64,000 nt of DNA, from the IMG/VR virus record IMGVR_UViG_3300045988_127389, positions 58,908 to 122,907 of that record. One strand, given 5' to 3'. Numbering within the stretch: position 1 is the stretch's first letter; every line of letters begins with the position of its first letter. The stretch is from a virus. Both the position numbers and the translations under genes were made by a program. Shown here in pieces: positions 1-10,098 of the stretch. The notes beneath the pieces were generated by a model, which saw nothing but the letters and a program-made list of their open reading frames with translations, was not told where the DNA came from and searched no databases.

Positions 1-110
1 CCAAGTTTTAACAAATGAATCGCATAGCATCTATCAAACGTAGACTTTTTGTTCTGTCTACATAGTATAAAAGGGCACAAGGACTCTTTTTCATATCTTA
101 ATGATACCTC

Positions 111-1307
111 TTAAAACATAACCTCTGGCAATGTACGTTTATAGTATACCAAACTCTTCTCATAAATAGAGTGGAAATCTGACATATTGTTCCACATTAC
201 AATAGAGCCGTGTCCAATAAGATTGACTGTATAAAACCTCTTTGTTGTATCAGTTAAAATGTTTTCAACTTCTCTGGCTTCTTCTATAGCACCGCACGGA
301 ATTGCTAATTTCGTAAACGGCGCATTTTTAATATAGCAATGACTATGAAGGATATAGTTTATATTACTATACTTATTATAAAGCAGCATCTGCACAGGCG
401 TATCAACTGACGGCTTGTCTGTGCCACAATACATAAGTTTATCGTTATCCATATATACCGGGACGAAATTCTCAAGTGTGATAAATCGTTTATCAATATT
501 GCGTTTAGACACGAAAATATACCCATTTCTTCTAAAACTCGGCATACCCTTTCCGCATCGTCCAACTTGCGGTGGTAACTTTCGTATACTGGCATTACCA
601 ACAAAACGTGTTGTCACGCAATCTGTCGGCATAAACTCCTGAAATTTTGTAGCGTATCTTTTTACTGTATCAACAAAATCGTTCTCATCTGGAACATCAA
701 TAACTCTGTCCGATTTATACTCATTTTGTTTGAACTGGTCAAAATACCACGACAAAACAAGACCTTTATCTGTGATGGATTGTGTCGTGTTCTGTCGAGT
801 CATAGATTTAAGAAAAATCAACCTATCTATACAGGTTTGCATTGCAAGTTCAATATCTATTCCATCATACCATACAGAACCAAGTGGGTCAAATATCGTA
901 ATATTAAAAAGCCCAGTATCTGTTCTCTTAAACTTGAATGATAGGTTTGCCTTTACAGAAATAGTTCTTTGCAAAAGTTCTTGGAATGAATATTTGTCAA
1001 CATCGTCTCTCTTAGATGTGATGAGCATTGTAAATGGGTCGTAATCTTTTACGCTCCTATTTTTTACGAAGCTGTTATCAATATTGGGCCACCAAAAAAC
1101 AAAATCATAATGCTTTTTGTTAATTAAATTCAAAATATTTTGAATCTCATCATAATCGCCTCCGTTGAATAACAGTGCGCTTTCTATATGACTATCATTT
1201 TTTAAAATGTTATAACATTTGTTTGCCAAACCAGATTTTTTGCCATCATTACCAAAATCTCCGGCTACAATAATTGCAGTATATCCCACTTTACACACCT
1301 CATACAT
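111..1307 (-). CDS. hypothetical protein (398 aa)
   Basis: Long minus-strand ORF with strong coding character. No motif I can assign. Confidence 0.5.
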   Translation of the reverse strand: MYEVCKVGYTAIIVAGDFGNDGKKSGLANKCYNILKNDSHIESALLFNGGDYDEIQNILNLINKKHYDFVFWWPNIDNSFVKNRSVKDYDPFTMLITSKRDDVDKYSFQELLQRTISVKANLSFKFKRTDTGLFNITIFDPLGSVWYDGIDIELAMQTCIDRLIFLKSMTRQNTTQSITDKGLVLSWYFDQFKQNEYKSDRVIDVPDENDFVDTVKRYATKFQEFMPTDCVTTRFVGNASIRKLPPQVGRCGKGMPSFRRNGYIFVSKRNIDKRFITLENFVPVYMDNDKLMYCGTDKPSVDTPVQMLLYNKYSNINYILHSHCYIKNAPFTKLAIPCGAIEEAREVENILTDTTKRFYTVNLIGHGSIVMWNNMSDFHSIYEKSLVYYKRTLPEVMF

Positions 1308-1353
1308 AACATTTTAACATCCACAACTATCTGGGTCTGTGAATCCTTTTCTC

Positions 1354-1545
1354 TTAACCACTTACACCACGCCTTACCACATTGCTATAACTACATTCTG
1401 GGCAGTTGCTCTTGTATACATCAGGATAAGGGCTACAACAAATTTCTACTTTAACTTCATCAAGGTTCATTTGATAAATACATCCACAACCACGGCAGGC
1501 AAATGTAATGCGATTTCTGTTGTCACCATTTACTAAAATTCTCAT
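1354..1545 (-). CDS. small zinc-ribbon protein (CxxC...CxxC)
   Basis: 63-aa ORF with paired Cys motifs (CRGCGC...CPEC). Confidence 0.35.
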   Translation of the reverse strand: MRILVNGDNRNRITFACRGCGCIYQMNLDEVKVEICCSPYPDVYKSNCPECSYSNVVRRGVSG

Positions 1546-1557
1546 ATATTATCTCCG

Positions 1558-2007
1558 TTATTCCCAGTAAGTCTTGAAGAACCCATGATTTGGGTCACTA
1601 TAGCTTCGTCCTTCGCAATCCTCGTAAGTTCCTTTATACGATGCAGAAACAAGTTTCAGTGGATATTTAAGTTTATCAATATCACCGTTAAAACGACTAA
1701 TGTTAATACCACGCCAACGATTGCCATAATGACCGGTCTTACCTTTGGTAAGAATATCTTCCATAGTAGACGGGTATTTGTCACCATCGTAAATCATATT
1801 GGGGTGTTTGTTCCAATATGCAAGAATACCGTAAAGGTCAGCCATATTATCTTTGGTGTCCCAAAGAACCCGACCATATCCCTGATAGTGGTCTTTAATA
1901 AAACCACCACCAAACTCCTTCGGAATAAGAATTTTGTAGCTATCGCCATCTACGATATTACTCCGTTTTGTAGTTTTATCTGCTCTCATCCAAGAAAAGC
2001 ATCCCAT
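1558..2007 (-). CDS. hypothetical protein (149 aa)
   Basis: ORF in the minus-strand gene series. Trp/Tyr-rich, no recognisable motif. Confidence 0.45.
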   Translation of the reverse strand: MGCFSWMRADKTTKRSNIVDGDSYKILIPKEFGGGFIKDHYQGYGRVLWDTKDNMADLYGILAYWNKHPNMIYDGDKYPSTMEDILTKGKTGHYGNRWRGINISRFNGDIDKLKYPLKLVSASYKGTYEDCEGRSYSDPNHGFFKTYWE

Positions 2008-2063
2008 AACAATTTTCTCCTCAAAAATTTAACGTACCTACGTTGTTTTTTATTACACAAAAG

Positions 2064-2273
2064 TCAAATTTTATCTAAAAAATAATGACCATAATCTCGC
2101 TTGTACGGATGTGAAATTTCCAGTATGTCTTTTTCTGAATATAGTTCACAATAAACGCTCATAGTAATATCGCCAAGAAGTGCGTCTACAGTATCGTACA
2201 AAGAAACACCACCTAAGACCATCTCTGCTATTCTTGCCCAAAGGAGCTGTTTCATCTTTTCGTCTGTTTCCAT
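2064..2273 (-). CDS. hypothetical protein (69 aa)
   Basis: Small ORF in the operon. Confidence 0.3.
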   Translation of the reverse strand: METDEKMKQLLWARIAEMVLGGVSLYDTVDALLGDITMSVYCELYSEKDILEISHPYKRDYGHYFLDKI

Positions 2274-2390
2274 TCATATTACCACCTTAAAACGGCCATA
2301 GCCACTCAAAAATACTTACAACAACACTAAACCCAACGTAACATATACCCACAAGACAGCCAAGAATGAAAAAAGAAATAATAATATCAA

Positions 2391-2777
2391 TCATTTCTCT
2401 ATAAATCTCCATCTCGACCCCTTGTCGTATTTGTTCCAAATTTCTTTTGCTCTATCGTAAGACACACCGCCAATAGAACGACAAGTTGTGCTATTGTCTT
2501 TCTGTATACCAAGGAAGGTTTTGTCGAGTGTCTTATACGGAATCTCGAACTCGACTAATCCGCCATCTATAATACAAAGAACAATATTGACTAAACAAAG
2601 CGGAATAAACGTAAGAACATAGAACCACGTTTTAATATCCTGTTTCCTATACATCGCTTTATCTTCATCTAAAAGAAGATAATAGTCGCAAAGTCCTCTC
2701 GCCCAATCATAGCATACATTATATTTACCAATGTATGTCCAATCGGATAATGTGATACGTTTCTTAATCATTTTCAT
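2391..2777 (-). CDS. hypothetical membrane protein
   Basis: 128 aa with a central hydrophobic stretch. Confidence 0.4.
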   Translation of the reverse strand: MKMIKKRITLSDWTYIGKYNVCYDWARGLCDYYLLLDEDKAMYRKQDIKTWFYVLTFIPLCLVNIVLCIIDGGLVEFEIPYKTLDKTFLGIQKDNSTTCRSIGGVSYDRAKEIWNKYDKGSRWRFIEK

Positions 2778-2970
2778 ATTCTGCCGCCTTAGTGGTTACA
2801 AACCCGACGATAAAAGAGTCTGTCGCTAAACACCCCAATGAGTATAAGACAGAACCGAATAAACCGCTAGGGATTGCCCACACTATAAGGCCATAAATCT
2901 CTAACAGTACGCCAAACGCTATAACGCTAATAATAAATACAATAATGGCAATGTCTGAAATACTTCGCAT
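2764..2970 (-). CDS. small membrane protein
   Basis: 68 aa, two predicted TM helices. Confidence 0.35.
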   Translation of the reverse strand: MRSISDIAIIVFIISVIAFGVLLEIYGLIVWAIPSGLFGSVLYSLGCLATDSFIVGFVTTKAAEYEND

Positions 2971-2979
2971 AATACAACC

Positions 2980-3192
2980 TCACTCAGAATCAATTACAAT
3001 CGTTCCGTCAAAACCTTCGTAGATATTTGCGTCACTGAGCTTACACGTTGCAAGCTCTTGTACTCGAACAGATTTCTTTCCACAGCAAGGACATTCATAA
3101 TAATGATGTTTGCCAGTCTCAATCGTAATCTCTTGTTCTGGATTCTCTCTCGCAAGTTTATCCAGTTTTTTAATAACTTTCCAAACTTTCAT
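2980..3192 (-). CDS. zinc-ribbon protein
   Basis: 70 aa with a CPCCGKK...C motif. Confidence 0.35.
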   Translation of the reverse strand: MKVWKVIKKLDKLARENPEQEITIETGKHHYYECPCCGKKSVRVQELATCKLSDANIYEGFDGTIVIDSE

Positions 3193-3209
3193 ATTATTTA
3201 CTCACCCAA

Positions 3210-4211
3210 TCATTCATAATAAAAATAGTCGTGCGTATAATCAAGCTCTGCTTTCCAAACATTTAAATAATCCTCGATAGGGATGCCCCAGCAGTAGAGC
3301 TTATAATCCGTATAATTGTCTTTACCATGAAGTATACCGGTTTCTGCAATTTGACGCCGTACAGTACGCATCAACTCAAGCGTACTGTCATTACGGCCAG
3401 CACGTTCTTGACATGAAATAACCTCGTCAATCCTAGCTAAATCAGTTTTTAGCTTATCTGCTGAATTAGTTGTATCAATATGCTTTTTAGCCTCTGCTCT
3501 GCACTTTTCTAATTCTTTTGTAAGCTGTTCATTTTCTTCTTTATACTGTCTCACTTTTTCATAAGCGTGCGTCAAAGCGTTTGCATAATTTTTTGTACTA
3601 TTTTCTACCGCCGAAATAGTGGAAGTAAGAATTGCGCTTGTATCGCTAACGGAATTATCTACCGTTTCCGCTTTGTAATTTTCATCAAAATCACCATTGA
3701 TTTTGGCGAAATTCTTAATACCTTCAATATCTGTATCAGAGGTTGTATCGTTCTTAATAGTAGTTTCTATATCTGAAAGCATTTTAGAGAAGATACTACC
3801 GTATGTTTTTCTCGTCTCCATCACAAGGTCGTAGTATAAAGATGTACATTTGCATTTGCTAATCTTTTTAAGTGTATTATAGAGTTCTTTACAATACACT
3901 GTATAGAAACGGTCAAATTGCTCAAGGTCATACGATGTAAGATATTCGTCAATCTTACGCAGATAATGATAAATCCTATCACCATCAATAACATATCTAT
4001 CCTTTATACAAAAAGCATAATAGCAGCGTTTATCAAAATGTTTTGATGGCGTAGCATCTGTCGCAATTTGTTCATCGGTTTTATCCACCTCATGCTCTAG
4101 TTCATCATTAAAAATACTAGAAGCGAGATAGTATATAGCGCACACACCAAAAACCGCTGTGACCAATATACATAAAAATCCAATAATCATATAAAACATA
4201 CGTAATACCAT
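3210..4211 (-). CDS. membrane-anchored coiled-coil protein
   Basis: 333 aa with an N-terminal TM helix followed by charged, coiled-coil-like sequence. The consensus promoter at 4246-4274 sits immediately upstream. Confidence 0.5.
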   Translation of the reverse strand: MVLRMFYMIIGFLCILVTAVFGVCAIYYLASSIFNDELEHEVDKTDEQIATDATPSKHFDKRCYYAFCIKDRYVIDGDRIYHYLRKIDEYLTSYDLEQFDRFYTVYCKELYNTLKKISKCKCTSLYYDLVMETRKTYGSIFSKMLSDIETTIKNDTTSDTDIEGIKNFAKINGDFDENYKAETVDNSVSDTSAILTSTISAVENSTKNYANALTHAYEKVRQYKEENEQLTKELEKCRAEAKKHIDTTNSADKLKTDLARIDEVISCQERAGRNDSTLELMRTVRRQIAETGILHGKDNYTDYKLYCWGIPIEDYLNVWKAELDYTHDYFYYE

Positions 4212-4245
4212 CTGCCTTTCTATAACTCCTTTACCTTACACCAAT

Positions 4246-4274
4246 ATTATATCATAGAAAACAAGAAAAGTCAA
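4246..4274 (-). promoter_or_regulatory. sigma70-type consensus promoter (TTGACT-17-TATAAT)
   Basis: The minus-strand read has exact -35 and -10 hexamers with a 17-nt spacer, upstream of the gene at 3210-4211. Confidence 0.6.
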
Positions 4275-4331
4275 GGGAAATCTAAAGAAAAAGACTGGAA
4301 ATTTCTTCCAGTCTTACAACCATTGGTTGTA

Positions 4332-4709
4332 TCACTTTGGGAACTTCCCGGACTCAAGCATACGACCAAGTGTGAAATAAATACACATATATCCATCACA
4401 TGAAAGTGGAATAAAGTTGTTGTGGATTCTTACGGCAGCAATTTTGTCTCGATAAAAGATGCCATCAAGTATTCTATCTTTTTCCCAGCATTCACTAAAA
4501 ACATGGTTACGAACCAGTGAGGCATCATCGTTACTGAGATACCAAGGGCCATCATCTGTATATACAACAATTCCTTGTACACACTCGTCTTCGTCATCGT
4601 CAACGATTGTGTACAGAAATTCTTCACGATACGGCGTTGCCTTATATTCGTCAAGAGTTATCTGTCGTATCACAATGTCTCTTGGGTCAAAATTATCAAT
4701 AGACACCAT
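4332..4709 (-). CDS. hypothetical protein (125 aa)
   Basis: ORF in the minus-strand operon. Confidence 0.4.
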   Translation of the reverse strand: MVSIDNFDPRDIVIRQITLDEYKATPYREEFLYTIVDDDEDECVQGIVVYTDDGPWYLSNDDASLVRNHVFSECWEKDRILDGIFYRDKIAAVRIHNNFIPLSCDGYMCIYFTLGRMLESGKFPK

Positions 4710-4712
4710 AAG

Positions 4713-4901
4713 TTAATACACCTTATTTTTATCGAGACGGCTTACATCAGTAGGTGCAAACAAGCAATCCGCGTCAGTCTCCAAGTGATTTTTTGCCTTC
4801 ATCTGTGCTTCTTTTACAGTATCAGCGCAAACGATAACTCTTGTAGAATACTTCTTACACCCATCATCCATATTCCCACGAACAATATACCACTCGCCCA
4901 T
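4713..4901 (-). CDS. hypothetical protein (62 aa)
   Basis: Small ORF tightly packed against its neighbours. Confidence 0.3.
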   Translation of the reverse strand: MGEWYIVRGNMDDGCKKYSTRVIVCADTVKEAQMKAKNHLETDADCLFAPTDVSRLDKNKVY

Positions 4902-5165
4902 TTAGTCCTCCTTGTGCCATTCAGAAAATACAGAAGTGTCATCAGAATTTGCAAACACCTCTACGCCTACAACATCGGCAGTAACAGGTTTACCGTTAAT
5001 ATCATTTCCCATCATCATACTGGAAAACATCTGCTTAAATTTATCACGAATCTGTCCGGCAACCGTAGTCTCAGGAACACCAGCAGCGATTGCGTTACGC
5101 AGATTTTCGTCAATCTGCGCGGCGTCCATACTGTTTTCAACGACAAAATCAATCTTAATCTTCAT
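4902..5165 (-). CDS. hypothetical protein (87 aa)
   Basis: ORF in the operon. Confidence 0.35.
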   Translation of the reverse strand: MKIKIDFVVENSMDAAQIDENLRNAIAAGVPETTVAGQIRDKFKQMFSSMMMGNDINGKPVTADVVGVEVFANSDDTSVFSEWHKED

Positions 5166-5167
5166 AA

Positions 5168-5659
5168 TTACTTCTCCAATCTATGACCCAAAACATCGTA
5201 ATTATCGTAGTAACGATACATAGAAGTTACCCAAGGGCGCTTTTCAATACAGCCATCATAGAAAACGAAAGTACCAACTAAATTAGCGCCACACGAACTC
5301 AATGCCTCCCGAATTACTGCTTCTGTACGACCCATAAAGTAAGAGTCATCAATTAACACATAGTTCTCTCCATACTTTACATATTCTGAAAGGTCTAATT
5401 GTGTATTAGATTTACGTAATCCACCCGGAACAATTAAATCAACAGTAAATCCGTAGTTAAAATATGCAATACCGGTCTTTCCAGTAACAATGTATTTATA
5501 CTTATCGTGTGTGTATTTTATCTTAACATCATTGTCGATTTTTGCGAGAATTTCTTTACTTGTTCTAACAGAATCATCAAGTTGGTCAAAGAAAATCTCG
5601 CCGCCGATAAACTTTTCAAGAAGCTCGTTTACATTTATGATAGCAGTATTACAATTCAT
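5168..5659 (-). CDS. phosphoribosyltransferase-like protein
   Basis: 163 aa. The VLIDDSYFMGRT segment resembles the type-I PRTase PRPP-binding loop. Confidence 0.35.
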   Translation of the reverse strand: MNCNTAIINVNELLEKFIGGEIFFDQLDDSVRTSKEILAKIDNDVKIKYTHDKYKYIVTGKTGIAYFNYGFTVDLIVPGGLRKSNTQLDLSEYVKYGENYVLIDDSYFMGRTEAVIREALSSCGANLVGTFVFYDGCIEKRPWVTSMYRYYDNYDVLGHRLEK

Positions 5660-6303
5660 TTTATTTTTATCTTAACCTTTCCATCGTTCAGAATACGATT
5701 TTCAATTTCCTTATTTTCTAATGCAATGTCTTGCATTTTCGCAATTTCCTTGTCTTGAATACCACGCAGAACATTACGAATAGCGTTCAAGTTCGCAAGT
5801 TGTACATCAACTGTGTTTTCTGGACAAATACTTGCAATTCCTTTTTTGACAAGATGACACATTCTAAAGTAATCAATGTATGTGGCTGGATTTAAGAAAA
5901 TTTTGTTTCCGTTATTATCCATAATCGAGCATCTGACGAATACGCTCGACTCATCCTTTTCCGTAGAATTATAATAATAACTTCTACATAAATTCCCATC
6001 GCCGAAAATATTTTTTACATAGTCAAAATCTGCTCTTAACTCTTTTACGGACATGAGATGCTCGACTTGCTCAAAATCCATCTTGGGCAATAGTCTTTCA
6101 GGTTTACGTGAGCGATATTTACAAAAACTGATATACTGCGTGATGAGCGCACCAGTAGGTGTGAGCTTAATAGCTAGAAGAAATACCCAAATTGATATTC
6201 CTACCAATGTCCATGTGCTAACAATCTGGCAGTAAATACTGTACGCAATAATCGGAAAAAGAACAAAAAGTGAATAACCCCAAAATAGAACATAGCTAAT
6301 CAT
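5656..6303 (-). CDS. membrane protein
   Basis: 215 aa with N-terminal TM helices. Confidence 0.4.
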   Translation of the reverse strand: MISYVLFWGYSLFVLFPIIAYSIYCQIVSTWTLVGISIWVFLLAIKLTPTGALITQYISFCKYRSRKPERLLPKMDFEQVEHLMSVKELRADFDYVKNIFGDGNLCRSYYYNSTEKDESSVFVRCSIMDNNGNKIFLNPATYIDYFRMCHLVKKGIASICPENTVDVQLANLNAIRNVLRGIQDKEIAKMQDIALENKEIENRILNDGKVKIKIK

Positions 6304-6872
6304 TCTTTAACAACCTTCCCACCGAAATAGTCCCATTCAGAGCCGTCGGCAAAATACATCGCATCACTTATTCTTACCTTTTCTTTTAATTCAGCGTCAT
6401 CAGGTTTTGAATTAAAAAGAGCATTATAAACCATCCGGTAACAATTCATGTTAGGGCTATACTTAGGGTTACGAAAAATAGACATATCATCACCGGTAAG
6501 GTACTTCATAATCGCCGCACATACACCAGAAGAACGGCTACAACCAGCCTCGCACTGAACAATAATTTTTTCAACGTAAATTTTGTTCATCCACCCTTTG
6601 ATAAAGTTTGCTACCTCGACACCCTGTTCATCAGACATAGCAGTTTCCCATTTTGTACTAACTTCACAGTCATTAAACTGTAATCTAAGGAAATGGATAT
6701 TATTTGCAGTACAATCATCACCGGCAAGTGGTGCGCCAACATCAGTTATAGAAACTACAAGGGTTTCAACATTGTCCGGGTTCATAAGGTAATCTTCTAA
6801 CACGTAGCGGCTCATTACATTGAAATCAGGATAACTCATATTCCCCTCCTTACGAGATAGATTCATTGCCAC
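6300..6872 (-). CDS. protein tyrosine / dual-specificity phosphatase
   Basis: The VQCEAGCSRSSG segment matches the CX5R(S/T) phosphatase P-loop. Confidence 0.55.
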   Translation of the reverse strand: MAMNLSRKEGNMSYPDFNVMSRYVLEDYLMNPDNVETLVVSITDVGAPLAGDDCTANNIHFLRLQFNDCEVSTKWETAMSDEQGVEVANFIKGWMNKIYVEKIIVQCEAGCSRSSGVCAAIMKYLTGDDMSIFRNPKYSPNMNCYRMVYNALFNSKPDDAELKEKVRISDAMYFADGSEWDYFGGKVVKE

Positions 6873-7323
6873 TATCGTGCAACATACGAATCATATAAAT
6901 GTTCTCGCGGACAAGCATAAGAGTTTTGCCAAGCTGATTACGTCCAACAGTACACTCGTAATCCATACCCCAATAGCGGTCGTTCCAACCGTTACCCTCA
7001 ACCAAAGTCATACCTTTAGTTGCCAACAGTTTATCAGCCAGATTGGGATTCTGGATAAACTTTGCCATGACAATCTCAAACATTACCCTATCCTTTACGT
7101 CATCCCAATCGGAACGCAAATCGACAAGACGGCGACCTTCGCGCTTAGATTTAGAAGGGTCAAGCGTCGCAAAATACTTGCGCTTTTCAATATCCAAAGT
7201 TTTCTGTGCCTGAAAAGCCGCCTCAGAACTGCCATAAGCAATTCCATCATAAGTTACCGGACACTGATAGAAATTGCTCAAAAAGAAATACTCACCATCG
7301 AAGCGGTTAATTACATTCTCCAT
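6850..7323 (-). CDS. NADAR (YbiA/DUF1768) domain protein
   Basis: FFLSNFYQCPV...YGSSEAAFQAQK matches the NADAR family signature. Confidence 0.6.
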   Translation of the reverse strand: MENVINRFDGEYFFLSNFYQCPVTYDGIAYGSSEAAFQAQKTLDIEKRKYFATLDPSKSKREGRRLVDLRSDWDDVKDRVMFEIVMAKFIQNPNLADKLLATKGMTLVEGNGWNDRYWGMDYECTVGRNQLGKTLMLVRENIYMIRMLHDSGNESIS

Positions 7324-7335
7324 TTGTTATCTCCT

Positions 7336-7755
7336 TTAGATTAAATTACCAAGGTCTAAAAAACTATACATCGTAAGTGAAATCACAATCTGTGCTATAT
7401 GAAGCATTTGGTCTGTTGATAAACTAATTTCCAGTTTATTCGCTTTACTGTTATCAATAATCATGTGGAACACTGTATTAAACACTATGCACCATACATA
7501 TACCCACAAAGCATACCAATATCCGTTTGCGTAATAAGAATATAACGAAATTATCAACAACGGTATATGCGTTGTAAAAGACCAAGAAAAAGAATGCTCG
7601 AAAAGAGCAAATTCCCAATCATACTTATACAACTCGTTTGGGTAATTCTTTTCCCACCAAGACTTTTGCTTTAAATTTCCGAGAAGTCCTTGCAAATGAA
7701 AGTCATCAATCAAGTGTAACCAAAACATAACAAAGAAAAGGATTATATATTTCAT
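7336..7755 (-). CDS. membrane protein
   Basis: 139 aa, Trp-rich and hydrophobic. Confidence 0.4.
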   Translation of the reverse strand: MKYIILFFVMFWLHLIDDFHLQGLLGNLKQKSWWEKNYPNELYKYDWEFALFEHSFSWSFTTHIPLLIISLYSYYANGYWYALWVYVWCIVFNTVFHMIIDNSKANKLEISLSTDQMLHIAQIVISLTMYSFLDLGNLI

Positions 7756-8054
7756 CTGAAATCCTCCTTTTCAAATCCGTCTTTGTCTATCTGACCCTTT
7801 AACACAAACCATTTTACCATATTATATGTTGCGTCAACAGTCCAACAAGTTACACTCTCAATAAGTCCAAGCGGCAACCATAAAATTACAATTATAATCA
7901 CAATCAAAAACTCTGGAATGTCATCAAAACCCCAAAGGTCATACATCGTATAAATATGCTCAAGCCGACAAATGAAGTATAATGACCCAATCGCAATGTA
8001 TATTAGTACAAATATCGGAATCAAGTCCATCGCTTCGTGACACCTCCATCCCAT
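7752..8054 (-). CDS. membrane protein
   Basis: 100 aa with two TM helices. The promoter at 8061-8089 is immediately upstream. Confidence 0.4.
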   Translation of the reverse strand: MGWRCHEAMDLIPIFVLIYIAIGSLYFICRLEHIYTMYDLWGFDDIPEFLIVIIIVILWLPLGLIESVTCWTVDATYNMVKWFVLKGQIDKDGFEKEDFR

Positions 8055-8060
8055 GACTAT

Positions 8061-8089
8061 ATTATAACAAAAATACCCGGAAAAGTCAA
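8061..8089 (-). promoter_or_regulatory. sigma70-type consensus promoter
   Basis: TTGACT-17-TATAAT on the minus strand. Confidence 0.6.
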
Positions 8090-8115
8090 GTGCTTTCCGG
8101 GTAAAATTTTCAATA

Positions 8116-8874
8116 TTACACTTCAGTAGAGTAAAGTGTTTTAATTTCTGTATATTTCTGTCGCATCTCTGTTACTTTCCCACAGCTCATAGCGCCCTCT
8201 GGACAAGCACCACAAGCACAAGATGGGCCAGCGTTCTTAAACAGGTGCGGGGCAATAGGATATACCAGCTTTAGCATCTTCTCGGCACACTCACGAATCT
8301 CCCACTGCGCACGATTGCAACAACGCATATTAAAAAAGTGGTTGAGTTCGCGCGCATTCATCGTTATAATCATTTTGGTACAACAAGCCTCTGGTAATAC
8401 ATAGCGTGCATCTTCCTGCGCTTTCTTTTCTGCCGATTTAGCATCCATCCCAGAATGAATATACCTTACCGTCAAATATTTGCGGAGTTCCTCATAAGAT
8501 TCAAGTGCATAATCAACAGCGTCTTCAAATGTTTTTGATGCCGGCTCGTCATCTGTAAACTCTTCTGGCATAACAAACCCTGCGTTCGTCATGTCAACAT
8601 AGCGCTGTGACTGAACTGAAAGAGATGCGAGACGATGACGAGAGATTTGCGCCAAAAAACTACGCGATACACCTTCAATACCAAATGTAAAACTTGCGTG
8701 TTCTGTCGGGCTTTGATGTCCCAAATCAGAAAGTTTATTTAAGAATAAGCAAACTTTTTCATCTGTTAAGCCGTCCATCAAGGTCGCTATATCAGATTTT
8801 GCATAGCACAACTTGGCAGCCGCCGCTACAATTTTTTCTGGATTTTGCGTATACGTCAAAAGTTTTACTTCCAT
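8116..8874 (-). CDS. thyX: flavin-dependent thymidylate synthase
   Basis: ThyX fold with the RHR motif (SRHRLASLSVQSQRY) and a conserved N-terminal region. Confidence 0.8.
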   Translation of the reverse strand: MEVKLLTYTQNPEKIVAAAAKLCYAKSDIATLMDGLTDEKVCLFLNKLSDLGHQSPTEHASFTFGIEGVSRSFLAQISRHRLASLSVQSQRYVDMTNAGFVMPEEFTDDEPASKTFEDAVDYALESYEELRKYLTVRYIHSGMDAKSAEKKAQEDARYVLPEACCTKMIITMNARELNHFFNMRCCNRAQWEIRECAEKMLKLVYPIAPHLFKNAGPSCACGACPEGAMSCGKVTEMRQKYTEIKTLYSTEV

Positions 8875-8877
8875 TTA

Positions 8878-9138
8878 TTATACCTCAATACTTAAAGTAG
8901 AGTCATGTGGAATAACTTCGCTCTTAAAAGGGAACAAAGCTGTAGTAAATACATCGCTATCTGTGGCTTCATCTGTTTCAGATTTTGGCGAGTATACCTT
9001 TAAAGAATTAACACCAAACTGCGGTTTAATTCGCATATAGTAAGCGCCTTCATATTCAAAGACACCACCGATTGCTACATCTTCTAATTTTACCTTTTTG
9101 TTATCTGAATCTAAAACAACATTTACCTTTGTTGTCAT
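8878..9138 (-). CDS. hypothetical protein (86 aa)
   Basis: ORF in the operon. Confidence 0.35.
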   Translation of the reverse strand: MTTKVNVVLDSDNKKVKLEDVAIGGVFEYEGAYYMRIKPQFGVNSLKVYSPKSETDEATDSDVFTTALFPFKSEVIPHDSTLSIEV

Positions 9139-9140
9139 AT

Positions 9141-9470
9141 TTATACCTCCAAATCATACCAATTATCATAGTCTATAATTTTCTTTCCGTACTTTTCTGC
9201 ACACTCATGCTCAATTTTACAACCACGCGCACTAGACCATCCGGGTAAGAATACTACAATATCTGCATCTGCCATCATATAGAGCGACATTCCAAGACAC
9301 TTCAATGGTGTTGCCGGGTCTTCATTATCTAAATCATCGAAGATTGTATCCATTACTTCAATCTCTTCGTTAGATAGCTTGCCTAACCTGTCTGCCCATT
9401 CATTATGTTCCGTGCGAATCTGTTCGCTTGTTTTACCTTGCATCGGCTGGCTAATAAATACTCTTACCAT
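9141..9470 (-). CDS. nucleoside 2-deoxyribosyltransferase-like (DUF4406-like) protein
   Basis: Pattern VFISQPMQG...VVFLPGW..S.G...E resembles the deoxyribosyltransferase / DUF4406 fold. Confidence 0.4.
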   Translation of the reverse strand: MVRVFISQPMQGKTSEQIRTEHNEWADRLGKLSNEEIEVMDTIFDDLDNEDPATPLKCLGMSLYMMADADIVVFLPGWSSARGCKIEHECAEKYGKKIIDYDNWYDLEV

Positions 9471-9471
9471 A

Positions 9472-9765
9472 TTAACCCTCCGAATTTTTGATTTCCTTAG
9501 TAGCTTCTTTTAGATGTCTTTGCCAAACGTCTGCTATTTCTTGTGCATCTCCTGAATAACAAAGCGTAGCAAACAACTTCGGTGTAAGTTCCCAGCACTT
9601 ACTACTTTCAACCAAAAGTCCGGGCGCGAGTTCACAAACATCAAACTCGCTCATTTTAATACAGTTGCAAGCATACGGATGTGTTACAATCCGAAGATAA
9701 TATTCACCTTTAAACTTGAATAATGTTCCGGGTTCAACAGAACCTATATTTACTTTTTCCGACAT
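9472..9765 (-). CDS. hypothetical protein (97 aa)
   Basis: ORF. Confidence 0.35.
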   Translation of the reverse strand: MSEKVNIGSVEPGTLFKFKGEYYLRIVTHPYACNCIKMSEFDVCELAPGLLVESSKCWELTPKLFATLCYSGDAQEIADVWQRHLKEATKEIKNSEG

Positions 9766-9767
9766 TA

Positions 9768-10067
9768 TTATTTACTCCTTTTAATAGGTAGCCACTCTGT
9801 AACCGTGATTACCTTTTCGTGTTTCTCAACTTCTTCTGGCTGGTAATCAAATTCGTCATCCTGATATTCTGTTAAACCCTTAAACCAATCAATCCCAAAG
9901 TGTCGCCCACCGAGTTCAACAACTGTGTACATTCCTCTTACCCATCGTCCATCGTCACCTTCCTGTGTATCAATATCATAATTATGCACAAGTTCGCTTA
10001 ATTCACTACTTGTAAGTGATTCGCCGCTATCAATCTTAGATAGCATTTTCTTTACAAAATCGTCCAT
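9768..10067 (-). CDS. hypothetical protein (99 aa)
   Basis: ORF. Confidence 0.35.
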   Translation of the reverse strand: MDDFVKKMLSKIDSGESLTSSELSELVHNYDIDTQEGDDGRWVRGMYTVVELGGRHFGIDWFKGLTEYQDDEFDYQPEEVEKHEKVITVTEWLPIKRSK

Positions 10068-10098
10068 ATTTTACTCCTTTAATAATAGTAGTTTTTTA

